Assembly (NCBI GenBank): GCA_963729335.1
Contig: CAVSNN010000002.1
Location: forward strand, 326,475-390,474
DNA from: an uncultured Alphaproteobacteria bacterium
Lineage (GTDB): Bacteria; Pseudomonadota; Alphaproteobacteria; Rhizobiales; Xanthobacteraceae
Reading direction: 5' to 3'
DNA: 64,000 nt
Below the pieces are notes generated by a model, which was given only the letters and a program-made list of their open reading frames with translations, searched no databases and had not been told where the DNA came from. This document shows positions 26,701 to 37,072 of the stretch, piece by piece (within the stretch, counting starts at the first letter, position 1; every line of letters starts with the position of its first letter). Made by a program: the position numbers and the translations under genes.

Positions 26701-29700
26701 TCATCCCGACTTGATGAGGGACGCCCCCGCGCGCGGCAGAACGATGCGAAATTCGGTGAATTCGCCGGGCTTGCGTATCGACCTCTATGGATCCGCCATG
26801 TTGCTTGACGACGATGTCGTGACTGATGGACAGGCCGAGCCCCGTTCCTTCGCCCGCAGGCTTGGTCGTAAAGAACGGGTTGAATAGCTTTTCCTTCACC
26901 TCGGGCGGTATGCCGGTGCCGTTGTCGCGGATTGTGATTTCGACGCTGTCTGCCGAGGTTCCTGGTCGCGGCGGCAAGCGCGGGTTCGTGATTGCCGCCA
27001 TCGGCTGCGGCTTTGCGCTTGGTTGCGGCATAGAAGCCGTTTGCGATCAGGTTGAGCAGCACCCGGGTGATGTCCTGCGGGAACAGATCGGCCTCGCCGG
27101 CGGCCGGGTCGAAGGACCGCTCCATGGCGATGTTAAAACCCTGCTTCTCGGCCCGTGCCCCGTGATAGGCGAGATTAAGGCTCTCCTCGACGAGGGCGTT
27201 GATATCCACCGGCCGGTGCTCGCCGGAGCCTTGGCGGGAATGCAACAGCATGTTCTTGACGATCGAATCGGCACGCTTGCCGTGCTGCACGATCTTGTCG
27301 AGATTGTCGCGCAAGGTGTTCGACAATTCGGCGATTTCGGCCCTGGTCTTGTCGTCGGCTGTCACCCGCGCCAGCGTCTCTTTCAATTCGTCGATCAGCT
27401 CGACGGAAACGCCCGAGAAATTGTTGACGAAATTGAGCGGGTTTTTGATCTCGTGCGCAATGCCGGCGGTGAGCTGGCCGAGCGAGGCAAGCTTCTGGGT
27501 CTGCACAAGGCGGTCCTGCGCGGTGCGCAAATCGTCCAGCGACTTGCTCAGATCGTCGGTGCGCTGGCGCAATTCATTGAGCAGTCGCGCGTTCTCGATG
27601 GCGATGACGGCTTGCGCGGCGAAGTTTCTGACGAGCTCGATCTGTTTGTCGGTGAACGGGCGAACCTCCTGACGGTAGATCGTGAGCACGCCGATCACTT
27701 CATTGTCTTTCAGCATCGGCACGCCGACGAGCGTCCTAGCGCCGGCAAGCTTGATGGTGGCGATGCGCAAATTATCGCGCGAAGGTCGGCGCTGCCGCGA
27801 TATCGGCAATCTGACAGGCCTGTTTGGTCGTGGTGATTTGGGCGAGAGCCGTCTCCGGCTTGGGATGAACAATTGGATCGCGGCGCAGATAGTCCTGATA
27901 TTCGGCCGGCGCGCCGTGAGTTGCAGCGATGCGAAAATTATCGCCCTCGCGCAGCCACAAGTGCCAAACCCGGCGCCGCAAATCCGCATCGCATTTTCCA
28001 ACATGGCGTTGAATACGGGCTCCAGCTCGCCAGGCGACGAACTGATGACACGCAACACCTCCGCCGTCGCGGTCTGCTGCTCCAGCGATTGCCGCAATTC
28101 GTTGAGCAGCCGCGTGTTCTCGATGGCGATGACGGCCTGGGCGGCGAAATTCGCCACTAGCGCAATCTGCTTGTCGGTGAACGGCTGGACTTCCTGGCGA
28201 TAGATGCCAATGATGCCCGATGACCTCGTTTTCCTTAAGCAGGGGCACGGTGAGAATAGTGCGTGCGCCGGCAAATTTGGCGATCGGGTCATTGGGGTCA
28301 TCGGCCTGGAGATCGGCAATGTGCACAACCTGTTTTACCGCCATGACACGCGAGAGAGCGACGGAGACGGCAGGAGCTACAACCGGCGTCTGCTTTATGG
28401 AATTTCGCGAATTCGGGCGGTGCGTTATGCATGGCCATGCGCCGAATTGATCGCCCTCGCGCAGCGGCATGGAGCCGAACTTGGCTTCGCAGATGCGCGT
28501 TGCATTCTCCAGCATGGCCTGGAAAACCGGCTCCAAGCTCGCCGGGCGACGAGCTGATGACGCGCAACACCTCCGCCGTCGCCGTCTGCTGCTCCAGCGA
28601 TTCGGTCAGATCGTCGGTGCGCTGGCGCAATTCGTTGAGCAGCCGCGTGTTCTCGATGGCGATGACGGCCTGCGCGGCGAAGTTCTGCAACAATTCGATC
28701 TGCTTATCGGTGAACGGGCGGACTTCCTGACGGTAAACGGTGAGCACGCCGATCAGCTCATCCTCCTTCAGCATCGGCACGCCCACATACGTCCGCATGC
28801 CGGCAAGTTCGATTGCTGCAACGATCCCAGGTTCGCGTTGTTCGATGTAAGTCGGCTCGGTTGTAGCATCGACAACATGAACTACCGCGTTTGTCGCTAT
28901 CACGCGGCCTAACGGGGTCTTCGGACTCGGGCGAAATGGTGATTGTCTGCGTAGCTCGGCAAGGGCCGGCGGCGTATTATGCGTTCCAGCGAGGCGCAAG
29001 GCGTCACCATCCCACCGATAAACATTTCCAAATTTCGCGCCACAAATTCGCACGGCATTTTCCAACATAGCCTGGAACACCGGCTCCAGCTCGCCGGGCG
29101 ACGTGCTAATGACGCGCAGCACGTCGGCCGTCGCCGTCTGCTGCTCCAGCGATTGCCGCAACTCACTGAGCAGCCGCGTGTTCTCGATGGCGATGACGGC
29201 CTGGGCGGCGAAATTCTGCACCAGCGCGATTTGCTTGTCGGTGAAGGGGCGGACCTCCTGGCGGTAGACGATGATGGCGCCGATCAACTCGTCCTCCTTG
29301 AGCATGGGGACGGCAACGTAGGATCGCGCGCCAGCAGCCTCGACCAAGACGACGACGCCCGGAGAACCATCAAGATAGGACGGATCGGTCCGCAGGTCGG
29401 CAATGTGGACGACCCGCTTTGTCGCGGCAAGGCGACCAAGTGCGCTCGTCGCGGTGGGCCGTATCGAGGGATCGTGCTTCCGCTCCTCGATATACGCGGG
29501 CGGCGCGTTGTGCAGCGCGACGGCTCGAAACGCGTCGCCCTCGTGTAAAAGGAGTGTGGCGAAATTGGCTTCGCAGATGCGCGTTGCGTTCTTCAGGATC
29601 GTATCGAAAACCGGCTTCAAGTCTCCTGGCGACGCGCTGATGACTTTGAGAATCTCGGAGGCGGCGGCGAGCTGTTCCAACGCCTCGTCACGCTCGCGGC

Positions 29701-29839
29701 TGATCAGCGCAACCTGCGTTTCCTGGCTGACAGCAGAGGAACCGCGACGGACCACGGCCTTCGCCGCGGTTCGGCGTTTGAGCGTCTTGCGGCGCCGCGC
29801 TTTGGCTGGTGCGCCGCCTGTTCTGGTGCGCAGGCTCAT
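26701..29839 (-). pseudogene. sensor histidine kinase with four tandem GAF modules, many frame changes as sequenced
   Basis: Each GAF module is introduced by ...[25 protein letters not shown].... These are followed by HisKA ([21 protein letters not shown]) and HATPase_c ([29 protein letters not shown]). It is readable only by hopping among ORFs 28298..29890, 27772..28536, 26343..28328, 26594..27031 and an unlisted final frame ending [22 protein letters not shown] at 26701. About eight frame changes by eye. Confidence 0.8.
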
Positions 29840-30187
29840 TGCCTTCCCCACGGCTCGGAACAGGCATGGTAGCTGGTTAAACCGGCGCACTGGAAGTGGC
29901 CGGTCGCAGCTTCGGCACTGGCGTTTGCGCGGCTGTCAAATGTCTCAAGTCGCTGCAGGGCGGTAAAATCGTCTGCTTTTGCGTTGCCGCGTGGGCCAAT
30001 AGGGCATTTACGCCCGTCTTTGGCGGGCTATGGCGCGCGATTTTACTCACGCGGAACAAGCCAGACGGCGCGCGCAGCGCCCACCCTTCAGCAAACGGCC
30101 GTCTCGCAGCATTCACCGTGCTGGCGGCGCTTACTGGATGCTCCGCCTTCGCGGAGCATGACAGGTCGATAATTATTGCCGGCGGTC

Positions 30188-30964
30188 TCAGTTCATGTAC
30201 CAGCCGTGGCTGACGACGACGGATTGGCCGGTCAGCGCATTGGTCGGGAAGGAGGCGAACAGCAGCGCCAATTCGGCCACGTCCTCGATCGTGGTGAAGG
30301 TGTGGTCGACGGTTTCGCCCAGCATGATCTTGTTCACTACCTCCTCTTCGGAGATGCCGAGATTGGCGGCCTGTTCCGGGATTTGCTTCTCAACGAGCGG
30401 CGTCTTGACGAAGCCCGGACAGATCACGTTGGCGCGCACGCCGTGTTCGGCGCCTTCCTTGGCGATGACGCGCGCCAGCCCGAGCAGGCCGTGCTTGGCG
30501 GTCACATAGGCCGACTTGAGGGGAGACGCTTCCTTGGAATGGACCGAACCCATGTAGATGATCGAGCCGGAGCCCTGTTTATACATGCCCGGTATGACCG
30601 CCTTGGTGGTCAGAAACGCCCCGTCGAGATGAATCGCCAGAAGCTTCTTCCAATCGGCGAAGGGAAACTTCTCGATCGGATGCACGATTTGAATGCCGGC
30701 GTTGGAAACCAGGATATCGATGGCGCCGAATGCCTCGATCGCGGCGTTGACGCCGGTATTCACCTCGGCTTCGCTGGTGACGTCCATTTTGAGGCCGATG
30801 GCGCGGTCCTTCTTGCCAAGCGAGGCGGCCGCTTGCGATGCGGTTTGCAAATCGAGATCGGCGATCGCCACGCGGCCGCCGGCCTCGACAAAGCGCGTGG
30901 CGATGCCGAAGCCGATACCGCGCGCCGCGCCGGTGACGAGCGCGACCTTGTTGTCGAGTTTCAT
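30188..30964 (-). CDS. bdhA: 3-hydroxybutyrate dehydrogenase (SDR)
   Basis: [22 protein letters not shown]...[13 protein letters not shown]...VVSHGWYMN, the characteristic BdhA ending. ATG at 30964. Confidence 0.85.
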   Translation of the reverse strand: MKLDNKVALVTGAARGIGFGIATRFVEAGGRVAIADLDLQTASQAAASLGKKDRAIGLKMDVTSEAEVNTGVNAAIEAFGAIDILVSNAGIQIVHPIEKFPFADWKKLLAIHLDGAFLTTKAVIPGMYKQGSGSIIYMGSVHSKEASPLKSAYVTAKHGLLGLARVIAKEGAEHGVRANVICPGFVKTPLVEKQIPEQAANLGISEEEVVNKIMLGETVDHTFTTIEDVAELALLFASFPTNALTGQSVVVSHGWYMN

Positions 30965-31013
30965 GACGGTTTCTCCTGTGATGGATAAAAAAGAGCGCCC
31001 CCAAAGCAACGTC

Positions 31014-31766
31014 TCAACGCCGGCCCGAACCGCTCAAATAGTCGTGCACCACGCGGCCAAGTCCGAGTGTGAGGTCGGCCACAATATGGATCGCCGAGGT
31101 GACCTTAAGCACGGGCAGCTCGGCAACGGGCGCCAGCGCGTGCGGGCGCAGGTCGAGCGCGGCGGGCCCGCTCCAGGCTCCCTTTAGCGTCACGTCCTGG
31201 AACTCGTAGCGGACCAGTTCGCAGATGCGCGGGCTGCCGTCGACGTGCGGGATGATTTTTAAGAGGAAATTCGGCGCGGCGAGCGCCTTGAGCACGGTAC
31301 TCGGTTCGACCGCAACATGCTTGAAGCCCATGGTTCCGGTCGCGATCCGCACCGGTCCGTAGTCAAGCGTGCCGACCAGCGTATCGCGCTCGACCTCCAG
31401 CGAGGGCTGGGCATATTTCTTGGGGAAACCCCACAATTCGCGCCCGCCGAAGATCGGCGGCCCATCGTTGAGATACATGGCATGAGAATAGCCGCCGGTC
31501 TCCTTGCCGAGCCGCACCGGGATCACCTGGCCGGACTCGGTATAATCGCCGAAGCTGGTCGAATCCGGCATGCGGATGAACTCGAATTTGACCAGCGGCT
31601 CGTCGATCTGGAGCGGTTCGGGCACGACCGCGCGCAGCTTTGCCGGATCGGTGCGATAGGTGATGACGAGGAATTCGCGGTTTACAAAACGATAGGGACC
31701 CTTGGGATAGGCCGGGCTGGTCAACGGCATCGAATAGGCGGTTTTCCGCACTTCGCTGGCTTTCAT
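31014..31766 (-). CDS. adc: acetoacetate decarboxylase
   Basis: Collinear with clostridial Adc as I remember it: [52 protein letters not shown] (catalytic Lys region), [17 protein letters not shown]. Confidence 0.85.
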   Translation of the reverse strand: MKASEVRKTAYSMPLTSPAYPKGPYRFVNREFLVITYRTDPAKLRAVVPEPLQIDEPLVKFEFIRMPDSTSFGDYTESGQVIPVRLGKETGGYSHAMYLNDGPPIFGGRELWGFPKKYAQPSLEVERDTLVGTLDYGPVRIATGTMGFKHVAVEPSTVLKALAAPNFLLKIIPHVDGSPRICELVRYEFQDVTLKGAWSGPAALDLRPHALAPVAELPVLKVTSAIHIVADLTLGLGRVVHDYLSGSGRR

Positions 31767-31792
31767 GGTTCATGTCTCCGTTACAGCGGCCA

Positions 31793-32944
31793 TCATTTAG
31801 ATTTGGAATCCTGCGCGAGATCGAAGACGCGCACGCCGCCGACCCCTTCCCAGCGCTCCAGCCAGCGCGGGTTACGCAGGGTTCGACGCGCGTCATCGAG
31901 ACCGGCCTGCCAATGCTCGTTCATCGATGCGCGTGAGAATTCGTAGTCGGTGGCCTGGCCCTCGTAGCTGGCGCTCCGATAGATCAGATGGACAATGGCA
32001 ACGGCATGGTCGCTGCCGAGAGCGCGCAGCTTGCGGATTCTTTCTTTCCGCTTGGCCTCGGGCGGCAGCTCGTCGAACAGCTCGACGATGGCTTGGCGCA
32101 GCGCGTGCTTTTGCCGGAAATTGTCGGTGTTAAGACGCGTGCGGCTCGAAAACACGATCTGCTTTCTACGTTCCTCGACCTCCATGAGGTCGCCCGGCAT
32201 GACGCCGCGGGCACTGAAGAGATCGACCTGGAACACCAGCGTATCCTTGGTCAGCCCGGTGTCGAGCACGTATGCGAGCGGGGTATTGGAGACGATGCCG
32301 CCGTCCCAGTAAAATTCTTCCTCGATTTCGATCGGCGGAAAACCCGGCGGCAATGCGCCGCTCGCCATCACATGGTCGGGCGTGATCTTGCGCTCGGTGC
32401 TGTCGAAATAAACGAAGTTGCCCAGACGAATGTTGACGGCGCCGAGCGATAGTCTGGTCTTGCCGGCATTGATGCGGTCGAAATCGACGAGGGTCTCCAG
32501 CGTCGTCCGCAGCGGACTGGTGTCGTAGACGCTGACCGCGCCGGGCGAGCCGCGGGGCTGCAAAAACGCGGGGACGAAACGCGGTTGGAAGAACCCGGGC
32601 TGGCCCGAAAGCAAAGAAGAGACGGCGCTCGTCTGGTTGAACAGGCGCCGCACGTCGTCGCCAAAGTCCTGCGCCGGCCAACGAAACGACGTTGTCGACC
32701 GTTCCCAGAACTGGCGCAGGCGCGGCAGCCGCATATCGGGCTCGTTGCCGGCGATAATCGCCGCGTTGATCGCCCCGATCGAGATGCCGGCGAGCCAGTC
32801 GGGTTCGCATCCGTTCTCCGCCAGCGCTTCATAGACGCCGGCCTGGTAGGCGCCGAGCGCGCCGCCGCCCTGGAACACGAGCGCCGTCTGCGTGTAAGGA
32901 CCCCTGAAGGAGCTGTTCGCGGGAACCGAAGCGGTTGTTGTCAT
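31793..32944 (-). CDS. patatin-like phospholipase family protein
   Basis: Oxyanion/GxSxG motifs ALVFQGGGALGAY and LAGISIGAINAA, plus the DGG catalytic Asp motif (FYWDGGIVSNTP). Confidence 0.85.
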   Translation of the reverse strand: MTTTASVPANSSFRGPYTQTALVFQGGGALGAYQAGVYEALAENGCEPDWLAGISIGAINAAIIAGNEPDMRLPRLRQFWERSTTSFRWPAQDFGDDVRRLFNQTSAVSSLLSGQPGFFQPRFVPAFLQPRGSPGAVSVYDTSPLRTTLETLVDFDRINAGKTRLSLGAVNIRLGNFVYFDSTERKITPDHVMASGALPPGFPPIEIEEEFYWDGGIVSNTPLAYVLDTGLTKDTLVFQVDLFSARGVMPGDLMEVEERRKQIVFSSRTRLNTDNFRQKHALRQAIVELFDELPPEAKRKERIRKLRALGSDHAVAIVHLIYRSASYEGQATDYEFSRASMNEHWQAGLDDARRTLRNPRWLERWEGVGGVRVFDLAQDSKSK

Positions 32945-33099
32945 GAGTTGCCGGTCTTAAGGCGCCCCGTGTGTCGCCAATGCCCTGTATCTTTGTTTTC
33001 GCTCGCACATGCGACCCGGGCGTTCGGCAGATCGATCTCAGTGCACAAAGCGAAGCTTTGACGGTGCGACCGCGAGGCGAAAGCAGATCGCCTCGAAAA

Positions 33100-35988
33100 C
33101 TACATCGCCGGGTTGGCCAACAGGTGTTTGAGTGCCTCCATGGCTTTCCCGAATTGGTCCCAGTCCCCCTGTTGCATCGCCTTCTGGGCGGCCTCGAACT
33201 GCATCCGCGCCGCGCCAAAGTCCGATTGACGAGTGGTCGCCTGTGCCGCCGCTCCAGTTGATGGCGTCGCGACCGCTTGAGGCTGCTGCGTACTGAAAAG
33301 GTCGTGAAGCGCCTCGTCGAGCGTGGGCTCCATCACGACCTTATCTCCTGCAACCGCGATGACGCGCTTGAGCTGCGGAAAATTGGTGCCTTCAGCCTTG
33401 AGATACAACGGCACCACGTACAGGAACGAGTTCTCGATCGGAGTCACGATTTGTTTGCCGCGAATGACTCGCGACCCTTGTTGGTTCCACAGCGTGAGCT
33501 GCTGAGAAATGGTCGTGCTCTGATCGATCATCGCCTCGATCTGGTCCGGTCCGTAGATGAGCTTTTCCTTCGGCAGCTCGTAAAACAGCATTTGCCCGTA
33601 CTCGGGAAAATCGGACCTGGCGGCCATCCAGGAGATCATGTTGTCCCGGTTTTGCGGGGTAAAGGGCGTCATGAGCAGATATTCAAGCTGATTGCTTCCG
33701 GGAAGCTTCGCCAGGATGTAATAGGGCTTCATGGGCCGCGCCTGGCCGGCGTAGTTTTCCATCGGAGCCGTCCACAGATCCTCCCGGTTATAGAAGACCT
33801 GAGGATCCGTCATGTGGAAGGTCCTGTACTGATTGGCTTGAACGGTGAACAGATCCTCCGGGTAGCGCAGGTGCTGCTTGAGATCCGCGGAGAGCTCGCT
33901 CAGATCGTCGAATACGCCGGGAAACGCCCGCCGATAGACGGCGAGCACGGGATCCTTGGCATCCATGACGTAGAAGCGAACGGTCCCGTCGTACATGTCG
34001 ACGACGACCTTCACGGAGTTGCGGATATAGTTGAGCCCGTCATAGGCAGCCATGGTGCCGGACTCGGTCCCCGCGGTGTCGGGCTCGCCCAAGCTCTGCG
34101 GCGACGCGGTTTCATATTGCGACGTCCGCTCTGGATTTGCGTATGGAAAATAACTCAACGTTGTATAGGCGTCCTGGATCCAATACAGCCTGCCGTCGCT
34201 CAATACGGCGTAGGGATCGTTGTCGAGGCGCAAGAACGGAGCGATTGTCGCCACCCGCTCGCGAACGTCTCTATGAATCTGAATTCGGCTCTCGGGCTTG
34301 AGATAGGAGGTCAACAGAATGTTTATATCGGCATTGGTCCAAGCAAATAAGACCCTTTTCCAATAACTGTCCAACGGGATTCCACCTTTTCCACCGTAGC
34401 TGGTGTAAACATTGTCATTGCCCTTGGGGTAGTCGAACTCTTTGATGCCGGTGTCGACGATCCGATATCCGGGCATCGATTTTCCGTAGTAGATGGCGGG
34501 CTGGGTTATCTTCACGCCGAAGGCGGATTCGGCCGGGATGTTCTGGAGAACGTATTGCGGAAACCCTCCCCCGACGGTCTTCGAGACGAAGTTCATGACC
34601 ACGCCGTAGCCGTGGGTGAACTGCAGATATTGATTGACCCAGGTTTGCGCTTGCGCCGGAAGTTCCGGCGACAGCTCGCGGGTGGAAAGCATGACCTGAT
34701 GATAGCCGTCCGCCAGGTGATAACGGTCGGTATCCACGTTATAGAACTGGTAGTAGAGGCGTATCGCCTGGGTTTGTTGATAGGTCTGCAGCAGCGGCCG
34801 CGCGTCCCATAGGCGAATGTTCTGGATCGTGTCTTGGTTCCTCGCGATCACCTCGGGCGTCAGGTCTGCCAGGGCCGGATAGGACGTTTCCTGGATTGCA
34901 TCCAGCCGGTAGGCCTTGCGCGTGAAGTCGATGTAATTTTTCAGGTAGGGCGTCTCGAGCGCGAGCTCGCTCGGCTGCACGACATATTTCTGAAAGACGA
35001 AGGGCAGCAACGACACCCCGACGATCCACAGAGCCACGTACACGCCGGCACCCGCTGCCAGCACCTTGAGGCGCGGGCGGAAGAAATTCAGCGCCAGCAG
35101 CACACACGCTGCCGCCGAGACACCGACCATGATCCACAGGGCGACCCGCGTCACATGATCCGCCGCGTAGCCGGCTCCGTAAACAATGCCGAGAGTGGAA
35201 AAGACGAGTTCGTAGTGATCGAGGTAAAAACCCCAGCCAAAACCGGCAACCAGAATAAAAAGAAGCACTGAAAGATGCGACGTGACGTTGCGGCCTAGCG
35301 CGATGGTTCCGCTGCCGCCGGCCTGCTGCAATCCTATAAACACGTAGGTCAAAAGGACGATCCCGAGCGTCAAGATCGTCAGCAACGTCAGGCTGCTTTG
35401 CAGCAGAACATAGAACGGCAGACGAAAGATATAAAACCCGACGTCGACCCCGAAAAGCGGATCGGAAACTCCAAAGGACCCGCCATAACGAAAGCGGAGA
35501 TAAGTATCCCACCCGGTATAGAATCCGGTCGCAAAAAACAGGGCAATGCCGGCGCTGATCGGGATAACGGCAGTCCGCAATAACTTGGGAGACAACTCAA
35601 TGTTTGGCTGCGCATCCGCTCTGGATAAAACAGGGTGCCGTGGCAGATCAAGCCGCCATACTTGCCCGTCGCTGCGAAGGGCAGCGCTATTTCTGGTGGC
35701 CTGGCGCAGATTGATCCACAGGTAGAGAAAAGCGAAGACGAAAGCCGAGCAAAACATCGCCCACTGAACCGACAGCAGCGTCCAGAAGATACCGACGTAG
35801 TCGATTTCGCGCATCCAAAGCCAATTCACCAAATAACCCGCAATACTCATAAGGACGGCTAACAATAGGATCGCGGCAATAATCGCGAGCATCAGCGGAT
35901 GCCGGGAGGAGCGATGCCGTCCGCCGGCGCCGCTACCATTACCCGCAGCCCATTTTCGTTGCGCGGTCGTTGTGGGGTTCTCGCTCAT
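33100..35988 (-). CDS. UPF0182 family large membrane protein
   Basis: The N-terminal third is multi-TM. Conserved C-terminal blocks are HLRYPEDLFTVQANQYRTFHMTDPQVFYNREDLW and LLMTPFTPQNRDNMISWMAARSD. ATG at 35988 (MSENPTT). Sampled lines show lower GC than the neighbours. Confidence 0.8.
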   Translation of the reverse strand: MSENPTTTAQRKWAAGNGSGAGGRHRSSRHPLMLAIIAAILLLAVLMSIAGYLVNWLWMREIDYVGIFWTLLSVQWAMFCSAFVFAFLYLWINLRQATRNSAALRSDGQVWRLDLPRHPVLSRADAQPNIELSPKLLRTAVIPISAGIALFFATGFYTGWDTYLRFRYGGSFGVSDPLFGVDVGFYIFRLPFYVLLQSSLTLLTILTLGIVLLTYVFIGLQQAGGSGTIALGRNVTSHLSVLLFILVAGFGWGFYLDHYELVFSTLGIVYGAGYAADHVTRVALWIMVGVSAAACVLLALNFFRPRLKVLAAGAGVYVALWIVGVSLLPFVFQKYVVQPSELALETPYLKNYIDFTRKAYRLDAIQETSYPALADLTPEVIARNQDTIQNIRLWDARPLLQTYQQTQAIRLYYQFYNVDTDRYHLADGYHQVMLSTRELSPELPAQAQTWVNQYLQFTHGYGVVMNFVSKTVGGGFPQYVLQNIPAESAFGVKITQPAIYYGKSMPGYRIVDTGIKEFDYPKGNDNVYTSYGGKGGIPLDSYWKRVLFAWTNADINILLTSYLKPESRIQIHRDVRERVATIAPFLRLDNDPYAVLSDGRLYWIQDAYTTLSYFPYANPERTSQYETASPQSLGEPDTAGTESGTMAAYDGLNYIRNSVKVVVDMYDGTVRFYVMDAKDPVLAVYRRAFPGVFDDLSELSADLKQHLRYPEDLFTVQANQYRTFHMTDPQVFYNREDLWTAPMENYAGQARPMKPYYILAKLPGSNQLEYLLMTPFTPQNRDNMISWMAARSDFPEYGQMLFYELPKEKLIYGPDQIEAMIDQSTTISQQLTLWNQQGSRVIRGKQIVTPIENSFLYVVPLYLKAEGTNFPQLKRVIAVAGDKVVMEPTLDEALHDLFSTQQPQAVATPSTGAAAQATTRQSDFGAARMQFEAAQKAMQQGDWDQFGKAMEALKHLLANPAM

Positions 35989-36191
35989 CGTACCACTCCA
36001 AATCCGCCGTCCGGTATCGGGCCCAGGCCTGAGGCCCACCGAACTCGCGACGCCGCTCGTTGCGGCGGTTTCTACATCAAGCGCAGGATCAGTGAACGAT
36101 CGCCGCAGCCTGAACCGTAATGAGCGGGATCGGGACGCCTGTCAGCCGTGCATATTGGCTGTCGACCGGTTGAATTTCCGAGCAACATTGC

Positions 36192-36986
36192 TCACCCGGA
36201 TGCAGGCGATATCGCGCTAATGTTCCTATCTCGCGGAGGCCTCGCCGATCGATTATGGCTGCCCGCCGATATGCGCACAAGGACCGCCTCGATCCGGGCG
36301 CCCTCAAGCGCGCGGCTCGCGATCGTCGCCCCCATGAAATTGCGCGGCGTATGGCAGGCGCCGCAATGGGCGAGCGCCTCGACCAGATAAGCGCCACGGT
36401 TCCACTGCGGGCCCCTTGCCGGATCGGGCTTGAAGAAGCCTTCGTCAAAATACAGCCAGCGCCACCCCAGCATGCTATCGCGGATGTCGAAGGGAAACAT
36501 CAGGTCGTTGCCCCGGTCTTGCTGCTTGACCGGCGGCAACGACCGCAAATAGGCCCACAATGCCTTGAGGTCGTCATCGCTGATCTTAGTGAAGAAATCG
36601 AACGGCATTGCCGGATAGAGAAACTGTCCGTCAGCGCGAATGCCGGCGTGGAGCGCATTCTTGAAATCCGCGAAGCTCCACTTGCCGATGCCGGTGTCCG
36701 CATCCAGCGTGATGTTGGCCGAATAGATCGCTCCGAATGGCGTGCCGATTTTCAATCCGCCCGCGTAGGGCTTGTCCGGCGAAGAGGTATGGCAAGGCCT
36801 GCAATCCGCGGCCGTGGCGAGATATTTGCCGCGCGCGGCAAGATCGGTATCGGGCGTCGCGCCTTGGGCGCTTGCGCCGGAAAGGCCGCAGGCGATGAGA
36901 ATAACCGCGCCGAGCGCCGTCGCACCGACGCATCCGAAGTTCAACCCCGCCGCGACAAACTTCACGATGCCGGTTCGGGCTTTCAT
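36192..36986 (-). CDS. c-type cytochrome with two CxxCH motifs
   Basis: Signal or anchor at the N-terminus, then heme motifs CRPCH and CGACH. It resembles the cytochrome subunit of membrane dehydrogenases. The C-terminal 35 aa look non-homologous, so the gene may be truncated. Confidence 0.7.
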   Translation of the reverse strand: MKARTGIVKFVAAGLNFGCVGATALGAVILIACGLSGASAQGATPDTDLAARGKYLATAADCRPCHTSSPDKPYAGGLKIGTPFGAIYSANITLDADTGIGKWSFADFKNALHAGIRADGQFLYPAMPFDFFTKISDDDLKALWAYLRSLPPVKQQDRGNDLMFPFDIRDSMLGWRWLYFDEGFFKPDPARGPQWNRGAYLVEALAHCGACHTPRNFMGATIASRALEGARIEAVLVRISAGSHNRSARPPRDRNISAISPASG

Positions 36987-37072
36987 CTCACGGGCCCATG
37001 CGACTTTTGCTGCGCAGCTGGGTCTCGCGGCGCATGACTGCCTCGGGTCAAATCATACAGGCTTGAGCGATT

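Noticed and set aside
24261-29839. Programmed ribosomal frameshifting as an explanation for the broken pgk, kinase, tol-pal and other genes.
   Set aside because: There are too many sites, no slippery heptamers or downstream structures that I could see, and these gene families are not known to use recoding. Consensus indels are the parsimonious explanation.
31793-32944. Patatin-like phospholipase as a CBASS-type or other defence effector.
   Set aside because: There is no cyclase, sensor or other defence gene nearby. It is tightly linked to adc and bdhA, which points to lipid or PHB metabolism.
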